Positions 31,853-32,000 of a DNA stretch of 32,000 nucleotides are shown here, one piece after another. A model generated the notes under the pieces. It was given only the letters and a program-made list of their open reading frames with translations, searched no databases and had not been told where the DNA came from. This stretch comes from Zygophlyctis sp. KS116. Taxonomy: Eukaryota; Fungi; Chytridiomycota. The first letter of the stretch is position 1. The number at the start of each line of letters is the position of its first letter. The position numbers and the translations under genes are program-made. The DNA lies in the NCBI GenBank assembly GCA_054661495.1, contig BAAFSQ010000025.1, positions 1 through 32,000 on the forward strand. Direction: 5' to 3'.

Positions 31853-32000
31853 TTTGTAGTTGCAGAAACTGAAAATTTAAAAAAAGAATTCCTTCTTATA
31901 AGATTTTATTCGCTCTTATAAGCCTTTAAGTTTTCTGTCAAATCAGATCAAGACTCAAACTAATATCTGTAAAATGAGATCTAGACTTGGGACTTTTATT

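Noticed and set aside
31900-32000. Possible 3' end of another minus-strand gene
   Set aside because: Two short open frames, neither recognisable; not enough sequence.

Overview
AT-rich, extremely compact eukaryotic DNA, most likely from a zoosporic (chytrid-like) fungus. This is inferred from Crinkler-like genes, BTG and DUF5092-like genes, ILV1, and a complex I subunit, which argues against a microsporidian or nucleomorph. The ORF track is fragmented because genes are split by tiny GT-AG introns: I manually spliced 44 introns of 24-32 nt that restore frames or conserved motifs. Housekeeping genes include MON2, a GH35 beta-galactosidase, VPS51, a DGAT2-family acyltransferase, a CRZ1-like C2H2 factor, ILV1, BTG, a bacterial-type Fe-S serine dehydratase, a TLC protein, PCF11, NDUFB11/ESSS, a Shg1/BOD1-like gene and LCP5. 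They are packed with near-zero spacers, and two pairs have overlapping CDSs. Two accessory regions interrupt this backbone. (1) About 11.7-17.75 kb: a divergent orphan gene pair, a palindromic motif array, a truncated RING gene, a Crinkler-header/DGAT chimera and a broken Crinkler gene. One orphan is a spliced 587-aa Zn-finger + DEDD-exonuclease-like gene with the only long introns found; two of them carry paralogous long hairpins with an identical 33-nt loop+3' arm. (2) About 24.16-25.76 kb: a Crinkler-type NTPase pseudogene flanked by a ~230-bp direct duplication of host sequence. All family calls come from motif recognition by eye; no searches were run.
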